A stretch of 64,000 nt of DNA from Candidatus Altimarinota bacterium. Its GTDB lineage: Bacteria > Patescibacteriota > Gracilibacteria > CAIRYL01 > GCA-016699755. The stretch's first letter is position 1. Every line of letters begins with the position of its first letter. The stretch covers positions 96,001 through 160,000 of the forward strand of contig OY760935.1 of assembly GCA_963664295.1 (NCBI GenBank), written 5' to 3'. Shown here piece by piece: positions 19,401 to 26,273 of the stretch. A program made the position numbers and the translations under genes. Below the pieces are notes generated by a model. It saw nothing but the letters and a program-made list of their open reading frames with translations. It did no database searches and was not told the origin of the DNA.

Positions 19401-21628
19401 TTGGTGATTACTACTTAATAGTACGTCCTGAAGATGTTGCAGGAAATGGACACATAGAAACAATTTCTGTTTCTGTAAGCCTTAATTCTAATCCTGCTCC
19501 GCCAACTTCATTGCAAGTTGAAGACCAAGGCGGAGAATCTGTTCCTGTTTCATCATTAACTCCAAGTTTTACAGCAGTGTTTAATGATAATGGTGGTGAT
19601 ACAACAAGTAATTATCGCATTCAAGTTGATGATAATAGCGACTTTTCAAGCCCTGTTTGGGATAGTGGCGCTGATACTGCCACAGCAATTACAACTTGTG
19701 CTGATTTACAAAATATCAACAATGATTTAACAGCAGATTATTATTTAGCAAATAATATCGATTGTGCAGATACTAGCTCTTGGAATAGTAATTCAGGATT
19801 TTTACCAATTGGTACACAATCAACTCCGTTTACAGGCACTTTTGATGGTCAAGGCTATGAAATACAAAATTTATTTATAGATAGAAGTGCAAGTAATAAT
19901 ATTGCTGTGTTTAGCTATATTGATAGCGCGAGAATATCGAATTTGTCTCTCACAAGCTTAGATATAACAGGCAATAACACAACAGCTGGATTAGTTGCCA
20001 ACATGAATAATTCTATTATTAGTGATTGCTCATCAGCAGGTTCAATTACAGGTAATGACACAGTTGGTGGCTTAATTGGTATTACAACAGGTGTTTCAAA
20101 AATATTAAAATCATTTGCCAATACAACATTAAATGCACATGACACAGCTGGCGGATTAGTGGGAAATAATAATGCAAAAATATTAAAATCATACGCCACA
20201 GGCTCAATCACAGCCAATGACAATGTAGGTGGTTTAGTAGGTGAAAGCAGTGGTGAAGGCAGGATCTTTTATTCCTATTCCGAAGCTACAATAAACGCTA
20301 ATTCCAATGTAGGTGGTTTAGCAGGATACAATCATACAGATAGCGAAATAGTAGATTCATACTCAAAAAGCAACATCACAGCCACCAGTTATGCTGGCGG
20401 AATAATAGGCAAAAATGAAAATGGCAGAATAAGCAGATCTTATGCCTCTGGTTCAATGTCAGGGTCTAATTTAAGTGGATTAGTAGCAAATAGTTTATTT
20501 ACAGAAATTTATGATTCTTATTGGGACACAGAAACAAGTGGACAAGCAAGTAATTCAAGTGGCGGAGATGGAAAAACAACAACGCAAATGTATCAACAAG
20601 CCACTTTTACAAATTGGGATTTTGCAGATACATGGACAATAAACGAAGGACTCGGTTATCCATATTTAAAATGGCAAGACGAAACAGGTGGCTTTAGTGG
20701 TACAGCAGGTACAAGAACTTCAGAAATAACTTATTCAGGACCAGATCTTGAAGATGGCACAACTTATTACTATCGTGTTAAGTTTTATGACCAGACAGGC
20801 GCAGAAGGTGATTGGAGCACAGAAACAGCAAGTTTTGATGTAGGTTTTGATTTTGATTCACTTTATAAACGCCAAGGAAATCATCAATTAACAGAAAAAA
20901 ACGCATTAACTGAAGAAGATATTAAAGTAGAACTAAAAACAGCCTATGGCGATCCAGCAGAAGCAGGAGATGGCGTAATAGATTTTCAAATAATTCAAAC
21001 ACCACAAAGCCCAGCAAGTGAAGGGTATGAATTACAAATGGGCACATCTGGACAAAATCCAACAGTAATTGACCCAAGTCACATTACAGTTGAAACAGAT
21101 GCAGAAGGAAAAGCCAGTGTAAAACTAAAAATGGGCGATAGAGCAGGAGATTATTTAATTAGATCAAAATATAATGACGGAACAAAAGATATTATTCAAG
21201 AATTCACAATAACTCAGCCAGAAAATTTTGAGCTCAATATGGACGCAACCAATATGAGTATGGCAAATGACTCATATAAACAATTAAGTGAATCAACTGT
21301 AAATATAACAACACAAACAAACGCTTCTAGCTATAAAGTATTAGTTCGACCAACAACTTGGCTCGAAAATCAATCAGCAACACACACTATTCAAAATTGG
21401 GACTCAGGCTCAAGCACAGGATTTGGTTGGAAAATAGACACAGATCCAACATTAAGTAGCTTTGAAGAACCACCTGCCTATACAGAAGTATATCATTGTC
21501 AAAGTACTGATAATTGTCAGGAATTAAAAAATATAACAATAGACCTAGGAACAGCAACAGATTTCAGCATACCAGCAGGTATATACACAGATGTTTTAGA
21601 TGTAAAAATAGAAGAAGTGCAATATTAA
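7424..21628 (+). CDS. Giant secreted surface protein (4734 aa): signal peptide, acidic stalk, ~36 NHL blades, Ig-like domains, LamG, GLUG-type domain, FN3-like domain
   Basis: Basic-hydrophobic-AxA signal; E/Q-rich region; repeated P..V..DG..L.VAD..N.RVLIWN..P....AD.V.GQ; LamG motifs FTIDFWI, WHHVAL.R, GYLDEIR; GLUG-type VGGL.G repeats; YYYRVK...G.WS. Confidence 0.93.
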   Translation: MKNKKQKTKKNGFFSNLGTKFIVLAFVFQCIFPSSAIAEKVVDDFSETAKTTEQDFEVATEDEVNITEETVNTEENSAENQEILENEEVEEVGTQQELEKLEPEETKENELEIEIKDAVVAPEEIKEEVKEESNQEENLNNQEDQFLKENTANQQKASLLDSIFPEEEDEPKEEFSEFGDEEENDKNKENSNNVDEETVSTPEIEALANVQPDLKKNSKEERKEAMEDKIVEKLIEREFTEKDLLISAKENGIESIKNENPEKAPELIEELKEEGVIATIIDNNGIERELNSELKIKEEKNHFNTKNTAYETEIPLEASDLMVIAEDEELAGKLIDSKEKKVIQQDFTPETREEIRYLMRDVNKSNAIQDGNKVLYQDIWEESDLLVTTLNQGIKEDIILKNSNAPLEFDYVIETVGLELVVKGDGGLSFVDRKGQEKFYTPPPNITDVNGFKSSNSIRYELGWGQQRPQTSEENTEETQEEVVPAEIETPTEENPVEQVEQETQEEQVEQEEVISGEEEFFAPEPKDPETSQASEENTEETQEEVVPAETETPTEETLVEQVEQETQEEQVEQEEVISGEEEFFAPEPKDPETSQTSEENTEETQEEVVPAEIETPTEENPVEQVEQEATPESEQVEQEATPESEQVEQEAQEEDIAEEIVSFGDFFVPEKRKAHFASYSEGIVRMKKQIFDPENYEKIIKKTYESVQEEVRNFSLIRNEHLFASSEQDADLFDFLVAEAGAEISEEEMLQAESAETTEEQAGESVDTTTETTEVFIEEDFTVEVEEVLDDTAETELEGNNQENNDENLLSQDENIDSTNLNDGQNNEQDLSLEQEGQAEQDEDNQGNVQESNLDNQDIIPEQEQVEEVDSQEDDFDQEEESAETDLSDQDDANSQTGEEIVSDTLENLETEEQISTEETTQEEANETEQENIQDFNEEEENTNQTEDQLQSAQEDQISSAEEEFFAPEVSVQDSNFDIRKFEIEQFKNSYEDYQEIETQNGILRRYKIKLKIETKKEIEQDQNAVTLKNGLTLSYPLDVDPTFYVVTFDSIEKETIAMGQASIYANLYNDNKDYWNLKSPSRVFKDSAGHFFVVDQQNHRVKIWNSEPTSYNDKPDIILGQFDEYATSSTSVTAGSFYQPYGIASDGTRLAITDNGRHRVLIWNTFPTENNQDADLVIGQTSLTASGSNNGGRDAGSLYYPSGVFMTNNKLLVADTNNHRVLIWNTFPTENNQDADIVLGQPDFTGGSANNGGRDAGSLYYPNGVWTDETKLMIADYYNHRVLIWNTFPTENNQDSDVVIGQTDFTSSSSSSAVNGLYRPRCVYFDGSKLFITSTSAHKVFIYNSIPSANGVSADITVGTGSASATQDRLNNPGGVFSDGTKLFVADTNNHRIMVWNSIPTTDSENADLVIGQTDFTSNITSLPMDGSELSSPGYVFKDINGRVFVADTSNNRVLIWDQQPTDFNVPADVVVGQSNMTSNSYSCSSTRLRYPQEVYSDGTKLFVLDTDNNRILIWNSIPTSNGQAADVVVGQDDFTTNSVNAGEGWSSNNKGFNEPYGFAVHDGKLLVADKENHRVLVWNSIPTSNGQVADLVIGQDDFGYNKSNRFSSLTTAPGHVFKDVNGHFYLADSSYNRVLIWFTEPLNDTTVPDLVLGQPNFIETTGNNGGYSKGLSDPYAVYNDGVRLFVADTGNNRVLIWNSMPTENHQAPDLVLGQPDMTTNSANYGGISASTFYRPTGVYSDGNKVYVYDRVNNRVLIWNSIPTSNGQAADLVLGQNDMTCTTNNNNGSCSGGSVADNNFYFYTNNNTHQPIAGDDTYFYVSDTYNHRVLVWNKANITTNMQSADFVVGQDDFTSSSYVQNNKNGLYRPNALAVSDSKLFIACDDGTLRIYNPKPTTNTKVANVIATNGFYTVFANNQKLYLPGARKVWSTIPTIDTSVHSFSYYFSKAPNAITANAFDTPYSVDVSSDGKMMVADYENSRVLIWNQIPNDNTTSADVVVGQMFFDKKTTGSDADSLNKPVDAFTDDERFYVVDRNNGRVLIWNQVPEENNASADFVVGQPDLITTGHNTGGIGENSLYNPAGAFSDGETMFIADQSNHRILVKPIDFIADYQISADMVIGQPSYYTNDIDHVEIQNLYQPTSVFKDSVGRFYVVDTKFNRIKIWNTEPADNSVEPDLVLGQLYHYRTTENDGGAGIGTMNQPFDAYSDGDRLVVSDGNNNRVLIWNEFPTNEDKNPDLVLGQTDFSGTYGNMATTITNKGLNAPRGVLIVNGKLVVADSSNNRVLIWNEFPTETGQPADVILGQPEIGVVTANNGGISASSMNGPTGLWSDGTKLFVADMGNNRVLVWNEFPTEIGEPADYVIGQADFVSNVSSNSASGLANPYDIESDGTRLFISLRPYNVIFVYNTIPTATGATADYVIGQSGFGSNSSTLDASHLYYPNEFFVDSSKVYVADNYHHRIMIWNSIPTTSGVSADKVIGPDDFTSTAENVRDGIGLRDPYDVHVDLNGKMFVVDNNNNRVLIWNSVPTDNKTPADVVLGQSNMSTNGYASGSTGLRNPQSVYSDGTKLFVADYGNNRVLIWNSIPTSNGQSADVVVGQTNFTNTGGSDSYTTDSDKLTRPTAVQVYNGKLLVADKESQRVLIWNSIPTTNGQDADVVIGQPNMTVKEYNFPETYHTSGDELSDLTKDSSGKYYFLDRGYNRVLIFNSKPSSRNQVPDVVVGQPNKYLIHANSGGSLTASTLKLPCGLAVYGTKLIVADSDNNRVLIWNTIPTTDGQSADVVLGQASFTSSSSNYGGRSASSLANPKDVAVTADGKLLVADQGNHRVLIWNTIPTANNASADVVMGQSDFTSNTTNGSDLIHLYVPRSITIEGDEILVAGNKSMIWSSLPTTNGESAYYYGGNYDKLLVKGDWLYYTYNNIYKTAWPLGASPSWELVGSAYTDNMEDLGDGDYFYTFSDYWEEWEIPCDACEDNYSTDITWGYHKEKRDDTLYNPEDLYVDGNGKLYIVDSLNYRILVYNSIPTSNGASADLVFGDSNYTLTPKAVFARDDGRVYVSDNYDRIQYWDSVSSVLDMPDKTFGQRELNGKEGTDTGPHTLTGAIYGIYGDDNGLYVADKDDNRVLIFKHSGAPSVNNLMQYENNGTTEIPTGESTYSGETNNIVIKADLNNPLNEIDQSQVKMFVEVQRLEDDFVSSGSEIYDIALMANDPENGNKVTSGTGIYQSTWSALGDYSSTAYESVINITDLDKRLYKWRAIAYNGSQYSYWQRKGSCQSFVIASATAPVFVSADQFKTDAVTNIPNTEYTNETAVRLKASGTDADSDSSLIFYFELRKNTDSFSSPAIPNMCDACPSGTGFDNCASKIWYVTLDEGDYTTTPGEGIVHILGLSNDEYKWQVNVSDGGNFAGWEAYNTTTPNFEVDYLVPVFTITDDVHATWNTTDTIAVSVVDQGPSDIDETYWTYSEDEFCNSEDVFANTGTSVDVADYQKYVCFKSFDNAGNFAYSSVIGPLKWDITGPTFTITDDINSTWNTSDTVEVSVADPNTPFGPDGSGIGATTNWGFSSNAICNASDNYGNSGTSTGAITTDHTDYVCFTNTDQLGNIGYSEAIGPLRVGTEKPTFTITDGVSHFWNTEDTIAVNVTASVGGDPGTTYWGFSSDPGCDDTDTYPNTGSSLLVNSGPHTDYICFTNTDTLARTGYSAPIGPLKWDTAKPVVTSLSVSPSSVNPGGIGNITTDVSDADSGINTCKAWLSDFPGLPALLLHSNNDNASTTFNDSSENDYTLNLHGNIKHSILQKKFGKSSIFFDGNSYLSIDNNDEWDFGTNDFTIDFWIYPQSNGASEHNGILSSIDTSNQGWSFELDDSENIRFFARDSGGTMFITLEGSTSLSLNTWHHVALIRNGDDFNLYVNGQSVDSDTKINAIDNLDNELWIGKRNNYHNFSGYLDEIRVIKGVARWTENFSGNLPSTIHADEIFLANLGTDCDGPASFPTEIGDYYLIVRPEDVAGNGHIETISVSVSLNSNPAPPTSLQVEDQGGESVPVSSLTPSFTAVFNDNGGDTTSNYRIQVDDNSDFSSPVWDSGADTATAITTCADLQNINNDLTADYYLANNIDCADTSSWNSNSGFLPIGTQSTPFTGTFDGQGYEIQNLFIDRSASNNIAVFSYIDSARISNLSLTSLDITGNNTTAGLVANMNNSIISDCSSAGSITGNDTVGGLIGITTGVSKILKSFANTTLNAHDTAGGLVGNNNAKILKSYATGSITANDNVGGLVGESSGEGRIFYSYSEATINANSNVGGLAGYNHTDSEIVDSYSKSNITATSYAGGIIGKNENGRISRSYASGSMSGSNLSGLVANSLFTEIYDSYWDTETSGQASNSSGGDGKTTTQMYQQATFTNWDFADTWTINEGLGYPYLKWQDETGGFSGTAGTRTSEITYSGPDLEDGTTYYYRVKFYDQTGAEGDWSTETASFDVGFDFDSLYKRQGNHQLTEKNALTEEDIKVELKTAYGDPAEAGDGVIDFQIIQTPQSPASEGYELQMGTSGQNPTVIDPSHITVETDAEGKASVKLKMGDRAGDYLIRSKYNDGTKDIIQEFTITQPENFELNMDATNMSMANDSYKQLSESTVNITTQTNASSYKVLVRPTTWLENQSATHTIQNWDSGSSTGFGWKIDTDPTLSSFEEPPAYTEVYHCQSTDNCQELKNITIDLGTATDFSIPAGIYTDVLDVKIEEVQY
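8829..9380 (+). repeat. Intragenic tandem repeats: ~2.5 x 189 bp followed by ~2.5 x 33 bp
   Basis: CTCAARCCTCAGAAGAAAATAC starts at 8829, 9018 and 9207 (63-aa unit); then EQVEQEATPES repeats. Confidence 0.92.
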
Positions 21629-21745
21629 ATAAGCTTGCTAGCAATTTTTATCATAAGCAAGACAAAAGAGAGCCAAAAAGCTCTTTTTTGCTATAATAAA
21701 AACATTATTGTATAAAAAATTTATACAATAAATACTAGAAAACCC

Positions 21746-21773
21746 TTGACAAATAATTATATTAAAGTAAAAT
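21746..21773 (+). promoter_or_regulatory. sigma70-like promoter
   Basis: TTGACA-N16-TAAAAT upstream of the orphan gene. Confidence 0.6.
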
Positions 21774-21792
21774 GCTTTCCTTTTTAAAAAAT

Positions 21793-22137
21793 ATGAAGAA
21801 AATAGACGCAAAATTTCTTTTAAACCCAGGAGAAAATCAACAACAAATTTTAACCACAGTAGTTGACACAGATTCATGTAATAGCAAAGTTGTTTCAGCA
21901 GACCTAGAGACCGGTGATTTAAAAACCACTCCAGGAACCTGTCCTATGCTTGCAGAAGAAAATGGAGCTATGGGTGATACTTGTGGCTTAACTAATGCTA
22001 TTAATCAATTTCTTAATACAAGCGAAACTGATGATTTAAGCGCAAGACTCGCAATGGTAAGAGAGGAGAAATTTTTAAATTGTCCCTTGTTTGCAACCTT
22101 GGAAATCATAGAACAAGTAAAAAAGATTAATATTTAA
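21793..22137 (+). CDS. Hypothetical protein with four Cys
   Basis: ORF with its own promoter. ATG 21793 chosen because ATG 21772 overlaps the -10 box. Confidence 0.65.
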   Translation: MKKIDAKFLLNPGENQQQILTTVVDTDSCNSKVVSADLETGDLKTTPGTCPMLAEENGAMGDTCGLTNAINQFLNTSETDDLSARLAMVREEKFLNCPLFATLEIIEQVKKINI

Positions 22138-22799
22138 TGCACAAAGGATATTGCCATACCATCAAAGCCATTACCACTTGCGTTGGTAATAATTGTTGAA
22201 GAAATCCCTTTTTGTTCTGAAAGCATTTTATTAAAAGCTTGAACTCCCAAAACTTTTTCATCAGCAGATTGCTTGTCAAGTACCTTACCATTTCTAATAA
22301 CATTATCCGATACAATCAAAGCTCCAGATCTTGAATGCTGAAGTGCCCATTTAAAATATTTTATATAGGATGGCTTATGTGCATCCATAAAAAACATATC
22401 AAAAGACCCTATTTTTTCTTGGTCTAATTTTGATAATACCTCCAAAGCTTCACCAATTTTTATTTCAACCTTATCTTCTAATTTTGCATTTTTAATATTT
22501 TTTTGAGCAATTTCAGCATATTTAGGGTCAATTTCTATTGTAGTTACTTTTCCGTCTTTAGGAAGAGCTCTTGCAAGCCAAATTGTGCTATATCCACCTA
22601 ATGTACCAATTTCAAGAATTTTTTTTGCATTACATAAATAAGCTAATATTTGAAGAAATTTTCCTTGATTAGGAAAAATGCTATGTTGTGGCATATTTGC
22701 CCTATCTAAAGACTTAACTGTAGAGTGTAAGACTTTATCTTCTGGAGCTAATAGATCAGCAATATAACTATCGATTTTTTTGAATAATTGATTATTCAT
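22134..22799 (-). CDS. Class I SAM-dependent O-methyltransferase (caffeoyl-CoA/COMT-like, Methyltransf_3)
   Basis: QGKFL, ILEIGTLGGYSTIWLA, FDMFFMDAHK and GALIVSDNV motifs. Confidence 0.93.
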   Translation of the reverse strand: MNNQLFKKIDSYIADLLAPEDKVLHSTVKSLDRANMPQHSIFPNQGKFLQILAYLCNAKKILEIGTLGGYSTIWLARALPKDGKVTTIEIDPKYAEIAQKNIKNAKLEDKVEIKIGEALEVLSKLDQEKIGSFDMFFMDAHKPSYIKYFKWALQHSRSGALIVSDNVIRNGKVLDKQSADEKVLGVQAFNKMLSEQKGISSTIITNASGNGFDGMAISFVH

Positions 22800-22869
22800 T
22801 TAGTTTAAAATTCTTAATTTGATTATATCAAAACATAAAAAATAACATATTGAATTCGCCTTGAGCCTT

Positions 22870-23285
22870 TTTGACCTCTTAATTGTCAACGGGGTCATTG
22901 GTTCGCATAAGTTTTCATAATTAAAACAACCTCATTCCTACGGCATGAGAACATTTTAATGGTGGAGCATATCGGACTCGCCCTCCGCTCCAAGTTTTCG
23001 TTTATAACGAAAAGCTTTCCACTTCGGGACACCGTTGACTCTTGATTATATGGGGTCATCGATTCGAGCTCAAATAAGCCTAATTAAAAAAATAACATGC
23101 TTTTAGCATGTTCTTTTTTTAATGGTGGAGCATATCGGACTCGCCCTCCGCTCCAAGTTTTCGTTTATAACGAAAAGCTTTCCACTTCGGGACACCGTTG
23201 ACTCTTGATTATATGGGGTCATCGATTCGAGCTCAAATAAGCCTAATTAAAAAAATAACATGCTTTTAGCATGTTCTTTTTTTAA
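22870..23285 (-). repeat. Array downstream of tRNA-Ala: two 163-bp units, each ending in a copy of the tRNA 3' end, plus a degenerate third unit
   Basis: TGGTGGAGCATATCGGACTCG (complement of the tRNA 3' 21 nt) at 22960, 23123 and 23286. Inverted tRNA pieces GGGGTCATYGRTTCG at 22891, 23052 and 23215. Confidence 0.93.
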
Positions 23286-23362
23286 TGGTGGAGCATATCG
23301 GACTCGAACCGATGACCCCCTGCTTGCAAAGCAGGTGCTCTAGCCAGCTGAGCTAATGCCCC
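23286..23362 (-). tRNA. tRNA-Ala(TGC)
   Basis: Reverse complement GGGGCATTAGCTCAGCTGGCTAGAGCACCTGCTTTGCAAGCAGGGGGTCATCGGTTCGAGTCCGATATGCTCCACCA; G3:U70 pair; anticodon TGC. Confidence 0.98.
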
Positions 23363-23409
23363 ACATTTATTGCTAGACTTGAAACATTTTATACAAATTT
23401 TTTCTTAAA

Positions 23410-23652
23410 TCAAGGAAAAATTCTCCCCAAAGTTGCCTGCATAACGCCAGAAATTTGACCAGTAACACTCAAAAGCACAATTACAAACAAAATCATAGCA
23501 ATCAAGACCACAGCAGTATAAGACCCTCCCATACCAAGAAAGCGCTCTGCCCAGCCCCATTTTCCAGTAAATTCAATAATCTGTTTGCGCCATTTAATCA
23601 TCAAAAAAGTCAATCCACCACTAGCCAATAGCCAAATAACCTTACTAAACAT
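23410..23652 (-). CDS. Small two-TM membrane protein
   Basis: 80 aa, two hydrophobic segments flanking GKWGWAERFLGMGGSY, a pattern I associate with small conserved CPR proteins. Confidence 0.7.
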   Translation of the reverse strand: MFSKVIWLLASGGLTFLMIKWRKQIIEFTGKWGWAERFLGMGGSYTAVVLIAMILFVIVLLSVTGQISGVMQATLGRIFP

Positions 23653-23816
23653 AGAAAAAATAAATTATTTCCATTATTTTGACACATTTTGTGTTGGCTT
23701 ACAAATCACTTTCCAAAGTTTAGAAAATATGGCAAAGATACACTACAAATCTTGCTTTTTTGGCTATTTTATGAGACAATATTATGAATTATTTTCGCCA
23801 AGCTTAAAACAAAAAA

Positions 23817-26273
23817 ATGAAAACAATAATCAAAAAAACGGCTTTAATGTTTATATTATCACTATTTTTTGTTCCGCAATCACTTGCAAACAGCACTATT
23901 AATGTAAAAGTTAATGATACTATTGCAGGTTATGCGACTGTTTTGAAAACTTCTTATACAGAGCCGGACAAAGAAGTGATTTTTAGAATTACAAAGCCAG
24001 ACAACAGTGTTGTGGAAATTCAGGCTATGACCAATGAAATTGGTGTTGCTGAAGTTGATTTCACTAGTTTTCACACTAGAAAATCAGGTCAGTATGAAGT
24101 TGTTGCTTTTTTAGCAAATGAAAGCGATTATAATGCGCCAGTGAGCACTTTTGAAGTTTTTTCTGGTGATTTATCGCACACTACTTCTTCTGTTTATGTA
24201 GATCCACCTTCAATTTCTGCTGATGGTGTTGAAAAAGCTTTAATTAAAGTTTCCTTGCGTGATAAATATAATAATCCAGTTGAAAAACATAATTTAATGC
24301 TTGTTTCTTCTCGTCCTGGTGATGAAATTATTGAAGTAGATAATAAAAAAGCTGATAAGAATGGCAATGTTTATTTTCAAATTTCCTCAAAAGAAGCTGG
24401 TATTTCATATATTACTGTTTTGGATCAAATTACTGGTCAGGTTTTAGAAGATCGTGAAAAAATTGTTTTTTATGAACCAGATAATAACTATGGACAAGGT
24501 GGTAATTGGTTTGAAGCTAATATTTTTGGAGGTATTGACTCAGATGAGGGTAATGGCGATATAAGTGCCAATATAACTGATAGTGATGAGCTTTTTGGCC
24601 CTATTGACCATTTTGAAATTGATTTTCCAAACAAAGTGGAAGTTGGTAGTGATCAAAATTTTCTTACTATTATTGCTAAAGATAGTGATGGCAATGTTGT
24701 AAAGAGCTACACAGGAACAATAATTATCTCTACTCCTAATGATGAGAATGCAATTTTGCCTGGTGATGGCAGATATACCTATCAAGCTCGCGATCAAGGG
24801 GAAAGAACTTTTGATCTTGCTCTGATTTTTTCAAAATCCGGCAGGCAAATGATAGAGGTTTATGATTTTGATCCTGATACTGGAGAGATTTCTGAATTGA
24901 TTAAGGGTGAAAAAATTGTAGAAGTGACAGATGAAACAACAGGTCCTGTCACAAATCCAGATCCTTCAACAGAATTAGTAATTAAAAAGCCAGCAGATGG
25001 CTCTAGGTCTAACAGTTCTACGGTTGTTGTAGTGGGAAAAGGTAGGGCAAATACAAATTTAAAAATATTTATAGATGATGTAAAAGTTGCTGATGTAGAG
25101 GTTGATGCTGATGGTCTTTTTACAAAAGAGGTAAAAAATGTTAGCGATGGTCATCATTTAATTTTTGTAAAAGAAGCAGAAGGGTCACAGGAATCTTCTG
25201 CATCAATTGATTTTGAAGTTGATACAACTCCGCCATCATTAGATGAGCTTATTATTAAACCAGAGGGTGGTATAGAAGTTGATCAAGTTTTTGATATTGA
25301 GGTTTATTCTAGTCCAGATTTACCAAAAGTTGAATTTCAAGCAGGGGCAGTGCGCGAGACTTTAATAGAAGATGAAACAGAAAAAGGAAAATACACACTC
25401 AGAATTCCAGCACCAGCAGACCCAGGCGAATATCCAATCACAATTACATTAGTTGATGATCTTCAAAACACAGGTAAATATACAAATTCAGGTATACTTT
25501 CGGTTTTGCCAGCAGAAAATAAAACTCCAATTACAATAATTGGTTTCGAGGTTGCAGAAATAGGTGAAGATAGGGTGAAATTAAGCTGGGAAAGAATAGA
25601 AAATCTCACAGAAAATGCGCTTCAGCTTCAATTAAGTTATGGTACAAATAAATTTTATTTAAAAGATACAAAAACAATTGCCTTAGATTTAACAGAAACA
25701 GAAGTAAAATCTCTTGATGTAGATACAAACTACTTTTTCATGCTTTCTGTTCTAGATTCTTTTGGTGAAACTTTGTCAGAAAGCGGAATAATAAACGCAA
25801 AAACAACAGATGATGGACTTATTACCAATCCAGAGCCTCTTCATCCTTCAGCAAATGAACTTGTTGCTACTCCAGGCAATGGTCAGGTTTTTTTGCGCTG
25901 GACAAACACAAGTCCAAGTTTTTATGAATTAAAAGTTAACATTAACAATACTCCTTATTTTGAAACATTAAATTTTTCAGGAACTACAAGTAGTGCCAAT
26001 ATAACTAATTTAATAAATGGTCAAAAATATGTATTCACCATTAAGGCAAAAGACAGCACAGGTTCTTATTTAGACACAGAATATCCAATTGCAACAGCAA
26101 CTCCAGAATGGGATGGCACAGCACCACAAAACAATAACCCAATTATTCAAAACTACAATCCTCCACAAAATCAAGACACAGGACCACTTTCTGAAAAAAT
26201 TATATTTTCTTCAATATTAATTATTATTGCTGGTTTTTTATTTAGAAAAGCTTTTCTTATATATAAAAATTAA
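23817..26273 (+). CDS. Secreted multi-Ig/FN3-domain surface protein with C-terminal membrane anchor
   Basis: Signal peptide; invasin-like SISADG..A.IKVSLRDKYNNPV; Ig-like VDTTPP; FN3 ATPGNGQVFLRW...NLINGQKYVFTIKA; C-terminal DTGP + TM + basic residues. Confidence 0.85.
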   Translation: MKTIIKKTALMFILSLFFVPQSLANSTINVKVNDTIAGYATVLKTSYTEPDKEVIFRITKPDNSVVEIQAMTNEIGVAEVDFTSFHTRKSGQYEVVAFLANESDYNAPVSTFEVFSGDLSHTTSSVYVDPPSISADGVEKALIKVSLRDKYNNPVEKHNLMLVSSRPGDEIIEVDNKKADKNGNVYFQISSKEAGISYITVLDQITGQVLEDREKIVFYEPDNNYGQGGNWFEANIFGGIDSDEGNGDISANITDSDELFGPIDHFEIDFPNKVEVGSDQNFLTIIAKDSDGNVVKSYTGTIIISTPNDENAILPGDGRYTYQARDQGERTFDLALIFSKSGRQMIEVYDFDPDTGEISELIKGEKIVEVTDETTGPVTNPDPSTELVIKKPADGSRSNSSTVVVVGKGRANTNLKIFIDDVKVADVEVDADGLFTKEVKNVSDGHHLIFVKEAEGSQESSASIDFEVDTTPPSLDELIIKPEGGIEVDQVFDIEVYSSPDLPKVEFQAGAVRETLIEDETEKGKYTLRIPAPADPGEYPITITLVDDLQNTGKYTNSGILSVLPAENKTPITIIGFEVAEIGEDRVKLSWERIENLTENALQLQLSYGTNKFYLKDTKTIALDLTETEVKSLDVDTNYFFMLSVLDSFGETLSESGIINAKTTDDGLITNPEPLHPSANELVATPGNGQVFLRWTNTSPSFYELKVNINNTPYFETLNFSGTTSSANITNLINGQKYVFTIKAKDSTGSYLDTEYPIATATPEWDGTAPQNNNPIIQNYNPPQNQDTGPLSEKIIFSSILIIIAGFLFRKAFLIYKN

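Noticed and set aside
7485-20223. Numerous antisense or alternate-frame ORFs inside the giant gene (and similarly inside the RND, ligase and hydA genes)
   Set aside because: These are shadow ORFs caused by codon bias and low-complexity sequence of the real genes.
7424-21628. Alternative genetic code 25 (TGA=Gly) as in some Gracilibacteria
   Set aside because: Very long ORFs are open in code 11, Gly is encoded by GGN, and several conserved genes end at TGA with ATGA coupling.
7424-21628. RHS/YD polymorphic toxin
   Set aside because: The N-terminal domain resembles those in some RHS-associated proteins, but there are no YD repeats, no PxxxxDPxG core end, and no toxin/immunity pair.
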